DNA of 64,000 bases from an uncultured virus (IMG/VR IMGVR_UViG_3300013105_000023) (Duplodnaviria; Heunggongvirae; Uroviricota; Caudoviricetes), in IMG/VR virus record IMGVR_UViG_3300013105_000023, one strand, 5' to 3'. The position numbers and the translations under genes are program-made. Below the pieces are notes generated by a model. The model saw only the letters and a list, made by a program, of their open reading frames with translations, was not told the origin of the DNA and ran no database searches. Shown in pieces: positions 35,758-46,427 of the stretch (position 1 is its first letter; each line of letters begins with the position of its first letter).

Positions 35758-35936
35758 GCTGTTTCCTTACTTTTTCGTTGAATGATGCGAAGACGCTGCT
35801 CGAGCGTCCATGCGTTTAGGCGTTCGGTCAGAACCCCGAGGAGAATCATCTTCTCGACAGGGTCCTTCTCGGCTTCATACAAGCGGTTGAATTCCTCACA
35901 GAAATCATTCGCTTCCTTCAGAATGTCCTTACTCAT
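35754..35936 (-). CDS. Hypothetical protein
   Basis: Coupled ORF. Confidence 0.5.
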   Translation of the reverse strand: MSKDILKEANDFCEEFNRLYEAEKDPVEKMILLGVLTERLNAWTLEQRLRIIQRKSKETA

Positions 35937-37005
35937 AGATACGCTCCACCATGCCGCGGGCGAACTGAGGTTTACCGGAATCCAAGAACCCTTGGAAGCG
36001 GGTTGTCATTGGCTTGCCCAGGATCTTATCCGGGTTGTTGGCCAAGTCTTCCTTCATCCAGTCTTCCGCTTTCAGCGTCACTTCGAACCGCACGCCGTTG
36101 TGCTCACACACCGCAATGGCATTGCCCTCACGGTCCACGCCGACATCGACGACCATGAACTCCTGCTCCATGAAGTCCTTCCACTTGATCAGTGTCCGAG
36201 AGCGTTTCCACTCATACGGAGAGCCGATCAAGTTGATCATGATGCCTTCGTACAGCGCCTGCGTGAAGCGGTTCTTGTACTCTTCGACACGGGAGGAATC
36301 GATCGTGAAGTGCGGCACCACGAAGATGCCGTTCGCACGGGCTTCCTCGTTGTCGTACATCTCGACGATCATCGCCTTACGTTCTTCCACTGGAATGCGG
36401 GGAATCGGTAAGTCGAACAAGTGGTAGCCCAGACGCGGTGTCAGCTCGGGATCCGGTCGGTTGACCAGGCCGTTGAGCTTACGCAGACTCACTTGATGGA
36501 TGTACATCTCACCATCAACCGGACCGCGACCACGCAGGAAGTTCTGGATGCGTTGCGGAATGGCACGGAACAGGATGTTATTGCGGGACAGGTACTGGTC
36601 GTTCAGCATCTTGGTGCGGACACCGTCGAGCTTAGGCGACACGATGACCGTATCCGGTAGGTTCACCCCAATCTTGCGTTTAGCTAAATCGTAGTAGTCG
36701 GTTGCCAACTGAACGCCCCGCTGTTCAACCAGCTCACCGGTTTCGGAGTAACCCTTCTTCACCTTGTCATTCCACGCGGACAGGGCTTCTGCTTCTGCCT
36801 GCGTGACCGGTGTCGTTTCGTTACTCCGCCCGATGTTCTTGCCCTCACGGATGATGATCTCGTGCTCGATCATCTTGCCGCCTTGACGCCCGTAGATCGC
36901 ACCCAAGGCACAAGTACCGTCAAGCTTAGGTTGCGTGTACACCCGCCATTCCTGCGTGACCCCTTTGCTGTCTGTCTTCAGCAGGGTCGGTAGGAAAGTT
37001 CGCAT
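35929..37005 (-). CDS. lig: ATP-dependent DNA ligase
   Basis: SPKLDGVR, VDGEMY, LFDL, EGIM, KRS..LIKWK and GKPQF motifs. Confidence 0.9.
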   Translation of the reverse strand: MRTFLPTLLKTDSKGVTQEWRVYTQPKLDGTCALGAIYGRQGGKMIEHEIIIREGKNIGRSNETTPVTQAEAEALSAWNDKVKKGYSETGELVEQRGVQLATDYYDLAKRKIGVNLPDTVIVSPKLDGVRTKMLNDQYLSRNNILFRAIPQRIQNFLRGRGPVDGEMYIHQVSLRKLNGLVNRPDPELTPRLGYHLFDLPIPRIPVEERKAMIVEMYDNEEARANGIFVVPHFTIDSSRVEEYKNRFTQALYEGIMINLIGSPYEWKRSRTLIKWKDFMEQEFMVVDVGVDREGNAIAVCEHNGVRFEVTLKAEDWMKEDLANNPDKILGKPMTTRFQGFLDSGKPQFARGMVERIYE

Positions 37006-37023
37006 GATTGACTCCTGTGTTTG

Positions 37024-37042
37024 TTTACACATTACTTATACC
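37024..37042 (-). promoter_or_regulatory. Phage GGTATAAG promoter
   Basis: GGTATAAGTAATGTGTAAA. Confidence 0.75.
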
Positions 37043-37047
37043 TGTAA

Positions 37048-37179
37048 TTAAGGGCGGCGAGTAACCCAAAGGTAAGCCGCAATCCAGACTACGGCAACAG
37101 CGATACCACCGTTGCCACCGAGATATGCCGTGATCACGCCGGCGACCACGGAGAGAATTATCGTTACGAAAACAGTCAC
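37048..37179 (-). CDS. 43-aa 2-TM peptide (not in the ORF track)
   Basis: GTG start overlapping the upstream TGA; hydrophobic hairpin. Confidence 0.5.
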   Translation of the reverse strand: MTVFVTIILSVVAGVITAYLGGNGGIAVAVVWIAAYLWVTRRP

Positions 37180-37373
37180 GCCTTCCCTCTCCTGCAAAGG
37201 GTAATCAAAGCACACAGGAAGGCAACGAGAGCGGCCAAAGAGAGGATCAATGAGATCAAAGGGTTTGCCCCCGCGAGATCAGCGATGGATTCCGCCGATT
37301 GGAATACCAACCCGATTATCGACAGCACGTAAAAGCGAAGGATCCGACTGAGTGATTTGAACTTTTCAATCAT
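37176..37373 (-). CDS. Small 2-TM membrane protein
   Basis: Coupled to thyA. Confidence 0.55.
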   Translation of the reverse strand: MIEKFKSLSRILRFYVLSIIGLVFQSAESIADLAGANPLISLILSLAALVAFLCALITLCRRGKA

Positions 37374-38263
37374 ATCGCCACCGGTGCTTTGACGAAAGGC
37401 CCGTGCTCGTAGCCGACGATCTGGATGTCATCCAGGGTGAACTCATCGATATCCATCCGCTCTGTCAGGTGGACACGAGCCAGAGGGTACGTAGGGGCCT
37501 CCTGGAGGCCCTCAGCGAGCTCCAAATGGTTCTGGTATAGATGTGTGTCACCTGTGACGTGGATGAACTCAGCGGGCTTGTGAGACGTCACAGCGGCCAC
37601 CATGTGAGCGAGCAGAGCGTAGGACGCAATGTTGAACGGCACGCCCAGGAACACGTCGGCGGAACGCTGGTACAGCAGACAGGACAGATAGCGCTCGCCG
37701 TTACGCTCTTCAGAGAAGAACTGGAAGAAGCAGTGACACGGCGGCAGTGCCATGTCGTCGATATCAGCAGGGTTCCACGCCGAGACGATGATACGACGGG
37801 AATCCGGGTTGGTCCGCAGCAGCTCGATTGCGTTGGTCAGCTGATCGATTTCCCGGGAGTACAAACGGACGCCGCCTCCGGTGAGTTCCGTGTTCATCTC
37901 GTAGCCACGTTCCACCAGTTCTTCACGTCGGGCGGTATCATGTAGATCCACTAACTTATGGTCTTCCCAGCGGCGCCACTGCTTGCCATAAATTGGACCC
38001 AACTCGCCGTTTTCATCCGCCCACTCATTCCAAATGCCGCAACCAAGGGTCTTGATGTTGGTCTCGCCACGTAGGAACCAGAAGAGTTCTTTCTTAATGC
38101 TCAGGGTCTTGGTTTCTTTGGCGGTTACCAACGGGAGCGTGCCATCGTACAACGGGTAGCGGCGAAGCTCACCGATTACTCCGAGGGTGCCGACGCCGGT
38201 GCGGTCGTCGCGAGGAATGCCGTTTTGCAAGATCGTGTCGATCAGCCCTAAATACTGTTTCAT
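37370..38263 (-). CDS. thyA: Thymidylate synthase
   Basis: DRTGVGT, LGPIYGKQWR, MALPPCH and QRSADVFLGVPFNIASY motifs. Confidence 0.97.
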   Translation of the reverse strand: MKQYLGLIDTILQNGIPRDDRTGVGTLGVIGELRRYPLYDGTLPLVTAKETKTLSIKKELFWFLRGETNIKTLGCGIWNEWADENGELGPIYGKQWRRWEDHKLVDLHDTARREELVERGYEMNTELTGGGVRLYSREIDQLTNAIELLRTNPDSRRIIVSAWNPADIDDMALPPCHCFFQFFSEERNGERYLSCLLYQRSADVFLGVPFNIASYALLAHMVAAVTSHKPAEFIHVTGDTHLYQNHLELAEGLQEAPTYPLARVHLTERMDIDEFTLDDIQIVGYEHGPFVKAPVAI

Positions 38264-38293
38264 GATTTCTCCAATAAAAAAGGCCCGAAGGCC

Positions 38294-38728
38294 TTAAGGT
38301 TTGTAACCGGTGATATTCACCTGGGCCGTCCAGATCGGATAGCCCGCGTCGTAATGATCGCTAATACTGTCTTCCGAGCCTTCCATAGGGATGGCGATGG
38401 CACCCTGCTTTAGTAAAAAGAACAGGTCGGGAGTATCTGCCGGGTTCAGCAAATCCACGTTCTCGATCTCCGCCAGAGCCGAGAGGGAGATGACTTGCAT
38501 GGTACGCTTAAAGGTGAGGGTCACACCGTTCTGTGCCGCCAGATAGCGCAAAGCATCTTTGTTCAGTAGGAACTTATCCAGGTCCATCCCAACGATCGAA
38601 TACGACCGGGGTTCTCCTTGTTTCAAATTGTCGATCATGAGCACTAAGTAGTTAACCCATGCTGATGCATCAATGCCTTCTTCCCGATAGCCAACCGGAA
38701 GTTCAGTGATTAACGAGTTTGACGCCAT
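38294..38728 (-). CDS. Hypothetical protein
   Basis: GAGG RBS; followed by a terminator. Confidence 0.6.
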   Translation of the reverse strand: MASNSLITELPVGYREEGIDASAWVNYLVLMIDNLKQGEPRSYSIVGMDLDKFLLNKDALRYLAAQNGVTLTFKRTMQVISLSALAEIENVDLLNPADTPDLFFLLKQGAIAIPMEGSEDSISDHYDAGYPIWTAQVNITGYKP

Positions 38729-39324
38729 TTATATACCTCTTGCATTTCTAAGGCCTGACGAACGCAGTCGCCGAGTGCTTCATGTTTGGTGCCCCAGTCC
38801 AGCTTGCGGTTGCCGAAAACAAAGCCACGCAGCGAACGGACATCGATCTCTTTGTAGAACGGGATCGGAAGAGACTGGTATTCACCTTTCTCGTCTTTAC
38901 CATAGACGTCTTCTACTGCACTTTCAAGGATGCCAACGTCAAAACGTGGAGAACACGCAAAGATTGCTTCCGCACCGTTGCGGGCTTGGTCCGCCATCCA
39001 GTCGTAGAAACGACGGATACCGGTGTCAAAGTCCAGACGCAACAGTTTGTCGCTAAAGACAGAACGCTTGGCATCGACCGATTGCTTCTCCCACCAGGCA
39101 ATGGTGCTCGGCGACGTGGAGCGAGAGGTTTGGGTCATTTTGTATTCGAGCACCAAGTTGATGTTCGGGGCGATGACTTTGTCACCCTCTACCAGATCAT
39201 CTTTAGTGCCCAGCGGGTTGAAGGTTAATCCTGCCATCGAGAGAATAACAGAGTTAGGTCGCTTATCGAGAGTCTCGAAGTCGATCATTACCGCTTTTTT
39301 CGGGATCAAAGGTACGTAATTCAT
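38710..39324 (-). CDS. DEDD 3'-5' exonuclease (DexA/ExoVIII-like)
   Basis: MIDFETL, TIAWW..Q, FD..IL, DVRS and HEALGDC motifs. Confidence 0.85.
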   Translation of the reverse strand: MNYVPLIPKKAVMIDFETLDKRPNSVILSMAGLTFNPLGTKDDLVEGDKVIAPNINLVLEYKMTQTSRSTSPSTIAWWEKQSVDAKRSVFSDKLLRLDFDTGIRRFYDWMADQARNGAEAIFACSPRFDVGILESAVEDVYGKDEKGEYQSLPIPFYKEIDVRSLRGFVFGNRKLDWGTKHEALGDCVRQALEMQEVYKWRQTR

Positions 39325-39363
39325 TGGGGACTCCAGTAAAAGGGCGGCGAACCGCCCGTCAAA

Positions 39364-42261
39364 TTAACGAAGGACGCTATCCTGGGAGACAGCAGCAATT
39401 TCTTTGATGATGGTCGGTGCGTCTTCAATCTTGAAGGACAGCACACGTCGCTGGTGGTTGGCGGTTCCCATCCGGTGCGTGGTCTCACCGCAGAAGTAGG
39501 ATTCTTCCATGATCGCCGTACGGATCGTCGACTTGGCGTGACCCATGTGGGAAATCTCCCGTTCCATCGCATCGATGGTGCCGGGGAACCACACGTACAG
39601 CTTGGTGCCGTCAGTGGTCACGTGGTCACTGGTCACCGATGGGCGAGCAGATACCTGGCAGGAAGCGATCTTGTTGAAGAATTCGGTCACGATATCAACC
39701 TCTTCTTGCATCACGACGTCCTGCTTAATCTGGTTGACCATCCACGGCAGGTACTCTTCACCGGGAAAGTAGGTCTTCATGAAACGCATGGCGAACCATC
39801 CGACGACCTTCCAGATTTCTTTGGTACGCGAACCCACGTCGGAACCCTTCGGCAGGCTCTGGTTGATGAGTTCCTTCATCTCTTCCCAATTGCCTTCCAG
39901 CTCACGTTTATCCGTGCGGGTTGACTCCATGATCCAGTGGTAGCCGAAACGTGAGAAGTAGTCCACTTCTTCGTTCAACCAGTTGTACGCCCGCTGGGAC
40001 TCGGCATCGTTACGCAGCGACGTGGTCTTTAAGGCCACACAGCGTGACTGCAGCGCCGCATCGGTGAAGGAATCCTGACCGCCGAACCCGATGTTGCCCC
40101 GCACTTTCTGCACCTTGACCACACCCTGACGTGGCGTACCGAGTACACGCGGCGCACGGTTGAACATCCCACGCCACATAGAGTAATGTTCACGGGTTTT
40201 GAAGTCCGCACGCAACTCATCGACGATGATCGGCAGGCTTGAATAGTACTCGAGCTTACGCTGGAAGCCGACGGTGGATTTCTCCATCGAAGACACTACC
40301 ATGTAGCCTTTGTTCGCTTCCAGCATGTCAAACATCGCGAGCATCCATTGGAGCAGCGTCGTTTTGCCCTTACCGTGACGTCCCCACAGCTGGAGCATCG
40401 GGAAGAAGTTCTGGGATTGGAAAATCACGTTCGAGAACGCATTCGCCTGAGCCCACGCCATCAGCGTACACGCTTCCGGAATCCCGATGATCTTGGACAG
40501 TTTGTCCAGCACGGCGCCTTGATACTCCATGAACTCCTCGTGGTCCTGGATATCGTTCATCAGGCGAGGAATGTGGATATTGTCATCCGCAGAGATACCG
40601 TCGTTCAGGATATCCGACGAGATGGACTGTGGCATGACGCCGTGGCCCGGTTGCGTCCAGAAAATCCCACGGTCATCCGGATAGTACACCGCACCGGTCG
40701 CGTTATTGATCATCACGTTGCGGAAAATCCACATGTTCAGCTCGCTAACGTATCCGCAGTATTCCGGGATGTTCACCACACGTTCACGCTGGGTCTCAGA
40801 AATGTGCAGCCACAGGTTGTTTAGGTCCGAGTCAGAACCGAAGAAGATACCGTCACACGCCTTGGAGCAGAACTCTTTGAACAGACGCAGCGAAGAGCGG
40901 GCTGACGAGTTCAGGAAGACTGCACCGGAGCGGGATCCGTCTTCACGGGTGAACTCCATTTCACGCACACGTTCGCCACGGTGCAGGTAGACCGTTTTGA
41001 CGCGGAGCGTGAAGTTGGTTAACCGCGTGAGCGTTTCCTTGGTGTCGCCGTTCGCCGAGGTGAATTCTTTGAGGCCATAATAGCTGCCGTCTTTCTCAAC
41101 AATGTTGCCAGAACCCGTAACCTTAAGTTCCGCATTGTCACCTTCACCAAGGTTAGGACGAGGTACTTCGCCATCATTAAGAAGCCGCTCAACAGGATTA
41201 AGCTCATCAGAACGACGTCGCTGAATGTAGAGGTCGATATCTCCATCTTGATCCGGAACCTTATACTGGTGCAGTTCACCCTTCGCCCACTTCCACGTGT
41301 TCGTACGGTATTTATCACCAGCTTCGTCTGTGTCATAAAAAGTATGCACACGCTTGTGGCGAAGCGCCTCAGCGATGTACTCGTATTGGGCTTTGGACAA
41401 CTGGCCATTCACGCAGATGATGCCGCCGTCCCAACCCATGTCGATCAGGGAAAGCATGTCGTTCTCGCCTTCCACGACGGCCACGTCTTCGGCGTGTGCC
41501 ACCGAGTCTTGGCCCATGACCACCACCCCGTTCAGCCAGTATTCTTTCTTCAGCTGGAACTGCAGCGGCTTATTGTCCTTACCCAGACGCAGCGTCTTGA
41601 AGGTAAAACGAGACGCTCGGCCATTGACGTACGCCACGTAGATGAACGACTCTTTGGGCAGTTTGTCACGGATCGACCCGTTGCCGGCAGCACCCAGGCC
41701 GGACTCCAGGATCTCCTCTTCGGAGAACCCTTTCATCAACAGGTGTTTGCACAGCTCAGCATTGTCTGACCAGCCGACACGGGCAGATAAAAGGGTGGAT
41801 TGCTTATGGCCACGCACCTGCTCTTGGTAATCCAGTGGTGATTTCTTACCGAGGGATTCGTAGATTTTGGTGGTCATCAGCAGGTTGTGGTAATAGTCCG
41901 CCGCCTCGGTGAAGATCTTCTGGGATGAACTCACAGAGAACGTCAAGCCGAGGTCGAAGTCTTTGATGATGAGCTGGGCGGCCTCTTTCGGCGTCTCCAG
42001 ACTCATCGTGCGGCGGACGAATTCGATCACGTCAGCCGGAGACTCATCATGGATACACGCCGAGGAGAAGCATTTGGCGAAACCCTTCTCCGGTTCTGAC
42101 TCGTCGAACGCAATGTGGAACGAGCCTTGACCGCCGTGCCAAGGACACAGGTCGTCATCGGGAATGAAGTCATTTTCGCCACGTGCCCGCAGTGGTGTCC
42201 CGGGGCAGTATTTGTCGTAAGCATCAACGATAGATACACGGTTCTTTATTTCATTAAACAT
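39364..42261 (-). CDS. DnaG-type primase fused to a P-loop helicase domain
   Basis: CPWH..C..C zinc finger, TOPRIM VEGEND..YDTDEAG, Walker A GRHGKGKTT, and IVDE. Confidence 0.88.
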   Translation of the reverse strand: MFNEIKNRVSIVDAYDKYCPGTPLRARGENDFIPDDDLCPWHGGQGSFHIAFDESEPEKGFAKCFSSACIHDESPADVIEFVRRTMSLETPKEAAQLIIKDFDLGLTFSVSSSQKIFTEAADYYHNLLMTTKIYESLGKKSPLDYQEQVRGHKQSTLLSARVGWSDNAELCKHLLMKGFSEEEILESGLGAAGNGSIRDKLPKESFIYVAYVNGRASRFTFKTLRLGKDNKPLQFQLKKEYWLNGVVVMGQDSVAHAEDVAVVEGENDMLSLIDMGWDGGIICVNGQLSKAQYEYIAEALRHKRVHTFYDTDEAGDKYRTNTWKWAKGELHQYKVPDQDGDIDLYIQRRRSDELNPVERLLNDGEVPRPNLGEGDNAELKVTGSGNIVEKDGSYYGLKEFTSANGDTKETLTRLTNFTLRVKTVYLHRGERVREMEFTREDGSRSGAVFLNSSARSSLRLFKEFCSKACDGIFFGSDSDLNNLWLHISETQRERVVNIPEYCGYVSELNMWIFRNVMINNATGAVYYPDDRGIFWTQPGHGVMPQSISSDILNDGISADDNIHIPRLMNDIQDHEEFMEYQGAVLDKLSKIIGIPEACTLMAWAQANAFSNVIFQSQNFFPMLQLWGRHGKGKTTLLQWMLAMFDMLEANKGYMVVSSMEKSTVGFQRKLEYYSSLPIIVDELRADFKTREHYSMWRGMFNRAPRVLGTPRQGVVKVQKVRGNIGFGGQDSFTDAALQSRCVALKTTSLRNDAESQRAYNWLNEEVDYFSRFGYHWIMESTRTDKRELEGNWEEMKELINQSLPKGSDVGSRTKEIWKVVGWFAMRFMKTYFPGEEYLPWMVNQIKQDVVMQEEVDIVTEFFNKIASCQVSARPSVTSDHVTTDGTKLYVWFPGTIDAMEREISHMGHAKSTIRTAIMEESYFCGETTHRMGTANHQRRVLSFKIEDAPTIIKEIAAVSQDSVLR

Positions 42262-42719
42262 TCTGTCACGCCCTTGTTTGCTAATGCGTCTGCTGCGTCA
42301 TTACCAGGATCATTGCTATGACCCTTCACTTTATGAAGACTGAGTTTGGCAGCCAGTTTATCATAAAGAGGAATGATTTGCTGCCACAGCTCAAGATTTT
42401 TTACATCTTTGAAGTTTCTGGCTTTCCAACCGGGCAACCATTCGGTTAACCCTTTCAGTACCAAATTGGAATCCAAATAGATAGAGGCTGTACAGCCTGT
42501 CATGTCGACCAACTGCAGTGCCTTGAGCATCGCGGTCATCTCCATGATGTTGTTCGTGGTGTGCTTACTGCCGCCACATAACCCCCAGTTAAACTCCTGG
42601 AGGTGCACGCCCCAGCCGCCGGGGCCAGGATTGCCTTTACAGGCACCATCCGTGTAGATGGTTAAGTGTGAGGGAACGTCACGTTTCAAATAGCTTAGCT
42701 GTTCAATAATATCGTCCAT
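42246..42719 (-). CDS. rnhA: Ribonuclease HI
   Basis: YTDGACKGNPGPGGWG, TTNNIME, DS and KVKGHS..GN..AD.LA motifs. Confidence 0.95.
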   Translation of the reverse strand: MDDIIEQLSYLKRDVPSHLTIYTDGACKGNPGPGGWGVHLQEFNWGLCGGSKHTTNNIMEMTAMLKALQLVDMTGCTASIYLDSNLVLKGLTEWLPGWKARNFKDVKNLELWQQIIPLYDKLAAKLSLHKVKGHSNDPGNDAADALANKGVTECLMK

Positions 42720-42753
42720 GGTGCCTCGAATGGGTTGAGTGGTCTCTGAAATT

Positions 42754-42761
42754 CTTATACC
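42754..42761 (-). promoter_or_regulatory. Phage GGTATAAG promoter (divergent region)
   Basis: Recurrent motif, back-to-back with a plus-strand TAAAAT at 42763-42768. Confidence 0.65.
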
Positions 42762-42795
42762 TTAAAATACCGATATGTGGATTTAGGAGACCATT

Positions 42796-43440
42796 ATGAG
42801 TGATTTGACTGTTATCTCCGACGGTATGTTCACTTCACCGGGTCTCGTCCGAACTGACGAACTCCCAGTGATGGACGCAGACATCGTCGAACTGGAGCAT
42901 AAGGTAAGCCTTTTGCTTCAAAGTTTCAACAACAAGCTGTACCAGCAGACCTCCTGGCCGTGGGCCGGAGTGGAAGTCCCATACGCCCAAAACCCAGGCC
43001 TCGGCTTGCCGTGGGGTGCGGATGCTATTCCGGGATTGCTGCAGTACGGTGAACCAACGGGACCGATCACGGATGCCGATCACTTGCTGGCGGCCACACC
43101 GGATGCCGTCCGTCAGGTCCAAGCGTACTTTGGCGATGGCTTAACCGCTCGTCGGTTAGTACAAGGCCAGGACCTTCGTAAAGACATTTGGATCTACGGC
43201 AACGATGTCGGCGGTGCCACCGGTGAGGAAATCATCCGCCTAGCCCAGTCTCACCGTTTTGCCAAAGAGTTACCGGGCAGCGATTATGCTTATGTTCTGC
43301 ATAAAGCGACGATTGACCCGACGGCCGCCAATGACGATACTCTCCCGCTGACCCGCATCACGGCGATCAGCCCGACGTCGGTAACGGCAGAGTATAAGGC
43401 CTTCAAAGTCCTCGTAGACGGGGAGTGGAAAGTACAATGA
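42796..43440 (+). CDS. Short tail-fibre-like structural protein
   Basis: Shares the N-terminal motif and a C-terminal Y....V.V.G.W pattern with the downstream fibres. Confidence 0.6.
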   Translation: MSDLTVISDGMFTSPGLVRTDELPVMDADIVELEHKVSLLLQSFNNKLYQQTSWPWAGVEVPYAQNPGLGLPWGADAIPGLLQYGEPTGPITDADHLLAATPDAVRQVQAYFGDGLTARRLVQGQDLRKDIWIYGNDVGGATGEEIIRLAQSHRFAKELPGSDYAYVLHKATIDPTAANDDTLPLTRITAISPTSVTAEYKAFKVLVDGEWKVQ

Positions 43441-44039
43441 GTGAGACCTTAGTAACGCTTGGCGGGATGCCCGTTCCCCGCCCGCTCGCACTGAAAGACG
43501 ACATCGGGCAGTATTACACCCGCCTGGACGCCATTCAGGTGGCGATCAATCACGTTGACGTTAACGTGGACACCCTTTCGGACAAAGGTGGTCACATCCG
43601 TTGGGAAAACATCGTGAACAAACCCGCTGCGAGCCTCACGGCGCCCGGCGTGGTAACCCTCTCGAACACGCCTTCAACGGACAAAACCACCGGCGCTACC
43701 TTGAAGAGTCTCTGGGCCGTGAACGCCAACGGTTGGGGCTTCGTGCCCAAGACCCGGACGATCAACGGAATCGGTATGGCCGGGAATATCACCATGGCCG
43801 CCGATGACCTGCTGTCGTTCGATAAGGCGGCAACCGATGCCCTGGCCGCACTCGGTGGCAAGGTGAAGGACGTTCGCTTCGGCCCCGCCGTCCAGTCTTC
43901 TCTGGACAAAGTGCCGTTGAATAACTTCATCACGTCCTTCAATGGGCCGGGACAACCGGTGTATTCTCGTCCGCTGCAGTTCCAGGTTCGCCAGAGCGAT
44001 GGTACACTAGAGTGGATCAACATTCGGAGAACCGCATGA
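43437..44039 (+). CDS. Short tail-fibre protein
   Basis: ASLT..GVV.LS repeat, VPKTRTING repeat, DVRFG..RPLQ C-terminus. Confidence 0.7.
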   Translation: MSETLVTLGGMPVPRPLALKDDIGQYYTRLDAIQVAINHVDVNVDTLSDKGGHIRWENIVNKPAASLTAPGVVTLSNTPSTDKTTGATLKSLWAVNANGWGFVPKTRTINGIGMAGNITMAADDLLSFDKAATDALAALGGKVKDVRFGPAVQSSLDKVPLNNFITSFNGPGQPVYSRPLQFQVRQSDGTLEWINIRRTA

Positions 44040-44635
44040 TCAATATCGTAACAGAAGGCGCCGTCGATCCTTCCTTCCTGACTTCCCAAGACGTGGCCGA
44101 CATGCGTGCGGACATTCCGAAGAAGTCAGACAAGATTGACGAGCTCATGGCCGAACTGGCCGAGAAAATGGGCATTGACGAGAAGGTACCATGGGAAAAC
44201 ATCGACGATCCGATTCAAGCCGACGCCTCCGCCGGAATCAGTGGTATCGCAACTGTCGAATCAGTGGCGAACAGCGTATCTCAGCAGGGTGCCCCGAGTA
44301 TCTGGGTCATCAAGAAGCTCTTGGCACAAACCAAGGCGTCACCCAGCCTGAAGATCAACGGGAAGCCCTTGACGGCGGACGTCACCTTCACGGCAGCTGA
44401 CTTCAATATGTACGACGCAGCAACGGTCCGGGCGAAGTTTGCCACGCCGGCCACTCCCACGAAGGCAATCCAAATGGGTACCGCCACGCCGCAGCCTACT
44501 TCCAGCAATGAAGTTGCCGGTAGCGTGCTGGTCGACGTGAAGTATGATTCGGCTGCGGGAACCTGGTCTGGCGTGTTCCGTCCGGTGCTTGCCGTGCTGC
44601 AAGACGGCTCGACTAAGCCCGTCGCATTCTCGTAA
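44036..44635 (+). CDS. Short tail-fibre protein
   Basis: KINGKPLTADVTF repeat. Confidence 0.7.
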   Translation: MINIVTEGAVDPSFLTSQDVADMRADIPKKSDKIDELMAELAEKMGIDEKVPWENIDDPIQADASAGISGIATVESVANSVSQQGAPSIWVIKKLLAQTKASPSLKINGKPLTADVTFTAADFNMYDAATVRAKFATPATPTKAIQMGTATPQPTSSNEVAGSVLVDVKYDSAAGTWSGVFRPVLAVLQDGSTKPVAFS

Positions 44636-44661
44636 AATAACGGCTATTACAGGAGAAACGC

Positions 44662-45945
44662 ATGAATGAATTAACAGTGGTGGGGCCAGGTGGGGTCTTA
44701 CGTCCCGACATCCTCACTGAAGCAGAAGCCCAAGCCTTACTTGACCGTTACGGTGTCGGTGGGACGGCGATTACGATCCCTGCCGGTACCAACCTGCAGA
44801 AATACCTGGGCCGCGTGGACGGCGGGTTCTATTACGACGATGCGACGACTTCTGGCACAACCGGCGGGCCAATTCAGGACAAGGTTCATTACACCGTCCT
44901 GTCTGCTGACATCCCGGGCAACCGCACGATCCTCGCCGTTACCAAAGGCAACCACTTGTACACCGCCGAAGTCTACGGCGACGTGTTCCAAGGGTGGGCG
45001 TCTTACGGTAACTCCGTTGACGTGAAGGCCTGGATCGATGCGGCTATCGAAGCTCACGAAAAGACCCGTGACCACCCGTATGCCACCGAGACTGATCAAG
45101 GGTTTATCGAGATCGCCGCTCAGGAAGAAGCCGTGAGCGGTACTGATAACACCCGTGCATTGACGTCGCTGCGTGCCCAAAACCTGCTGAGCACATACGG
45201 TCTGGGTGCCACGTCGGTTAAAGTCCCGAACAACGCGAACCTGGCGACGTACTTCAACTCGGTCAAACCGGGGTTCTACCACCTGGATGCGTCAACCGGT
45301 TACGGCTATCAGAACACCCCGACGGACGTGGCTTTCTCCTGGGCGGAAATCATTGTTGGTGCTCACGAGGCGACGAACTACCGCAGCCTGCTGATGATCA
45401 CTGCCGAAGGTCGCCTGTACACTGCGGTTGTGAGTGCCGGATCCTTCAGTGGCTGGCGCCGCAAGATCGAATTCGCCGACATCCCGCACGCTTCGGGCTC
45501 CGTGGATGGCCTGACGAAGGTTCTGGACTCAATCTCTAGTGGTGATCAGGTTAACGCCGGTTCGGCCAACGCCGTCCGTGTTGCCTATGATACAGCCAAC
45601 TCCAAAGTCCCTCTGACCCGTCGTATTAACGGTCTGGCACTGACCGGCGACATCAACATCACGCCAGGTCTGATTGGGACCTACACTGCCCAGGAAATTG
45701 ATGCTAAACTGGCCGGACTCGGCACCATCCAGGATATCCGTTGGGGTGGTCTGCAAGGGTACGGTAACTCCTCGTTCATTGGATGGGAGAAGGGCCGTAA
45801 AACGGTTACCCCTGCCGGCGGCGTGATGGTTGACATCGCTGACTACAGCACGGGCAAAATTTGGATCGAAGACGTGGATAACGTCTGGTGGCGTTACCTT
45901 CAAAAACAGGTGAATGGTTCATGGTACAATGTCGGAGCAATCTAA
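44662..45945 (+). CDS. Tail-fibre protein
   Basis: H...RDHPYAT...GF..A repeat, RRINGLALTGDI, DIRWG..RYLQKQVNGSWYNV. Confidence 0.85.
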   Translation: MNELTVVGPGGVLRPDILTEAEAQALLDRYGVGGTAITIPAGTNLQKYLGRVDGGFYYDDATTSGTTGGPIQDKVHYTVLSADIPGNRTILAVTKGNHLYTAEVYGDVFQGWASYGNSVDVKAWIDAAIEAHEKTRDHPYATETDQGFIEIAAQEEAVSGTDNTRALTSLRAQNLLSTYGLGATSVKVPNNANLATYFNSVKPGFYHLDASTGYGYQNTPTDVAFSWAEIIVGAHEATNYRSLLMITAEGRLYTAVVSAGSFSGWRRKIEFADIPHASGSVDGLTKVLDSISSGDQVNAGSANAVRVAYDTANSKVPLTRRINGLALTGDINITPGLIGTYTAQEIDAKLAGLGTIQDIRWGGLQGYGNSSFIGWEKGRKTVTPAGGVMVDIADYSTGKIWIEDVDNVWWRYLQKQVNGSWYNVGAI

Positions 45946-46427
45946 TCAGAGGGCCGTGGCGGGAGTATAAATCCGGCCACAGTACGAGTGTAGTCTTCCT
46001 GCAGTACGCGGGGATTGACTGGTACAAATACCGAGATTTGGTTGATAGTAAGTACCTAGTGGTGTTCGAAGGCTCCGGTGTCATCCTCAAAGTGTACGAG
46101 GACATTCAGGAAGCGTTCCCGGGGGATTTCTTCACGGCAGAAGTGGATGAGATCCCGGAAGACTTTTCCGTTGATAAGTACCGATTCGGGAAAGACGGTT
46201 TCTACGTCTACACGCCAACTGAAGAGGAAATCCGGGCGAAGAACCAACGGATTGTCGATGCAGGTTGCAAGCGGGTGGCGGGTGATATCAACACGCTGAC
46301 CATGCTGGGCAACATTGGGATTCGCTCTCCTGAAGAAGATGCCCGGTTGGAACAGCTGGTTACCTTCGTCAAAACCCTCCGGTCAGTTGACCTGTTGAAT
46401 CCGGTCTGGCCTGACCTGCCGGACTAA
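45888..46427 (+). CDS. Tail-fibre assembly chaperone (start uncertain)
   Basis: G.DWY N-terminus and L..VD....VWP.LP C-terminus, directly after the fibre gene. Confidence 0.75.
   Translation: MALPSKTGEWFMVQCRSNLIRGPWREYKSGHSTSVVFLQYAGIDWYKYRDLVDSKYLVVFEGSGVILKVYEDIQEAFPGDFFTAEVDEIPEDFSVDKYRFGKDGFYVYTPTEEEIRAKNQRIVDAGCKRVAGDINTLTMLGNIGIRSPEEDARLEQLVTFVKTLRSVDLLNPVWPDLPD

Noticed and set aside
37370..38263. Base-modifying thymidylate synthase homologue (dUMP/dCMP hydroxymethylase)
   Set aside because: The canonical ThyA motifs, including PFN, are present and no modification genes are adjacent.
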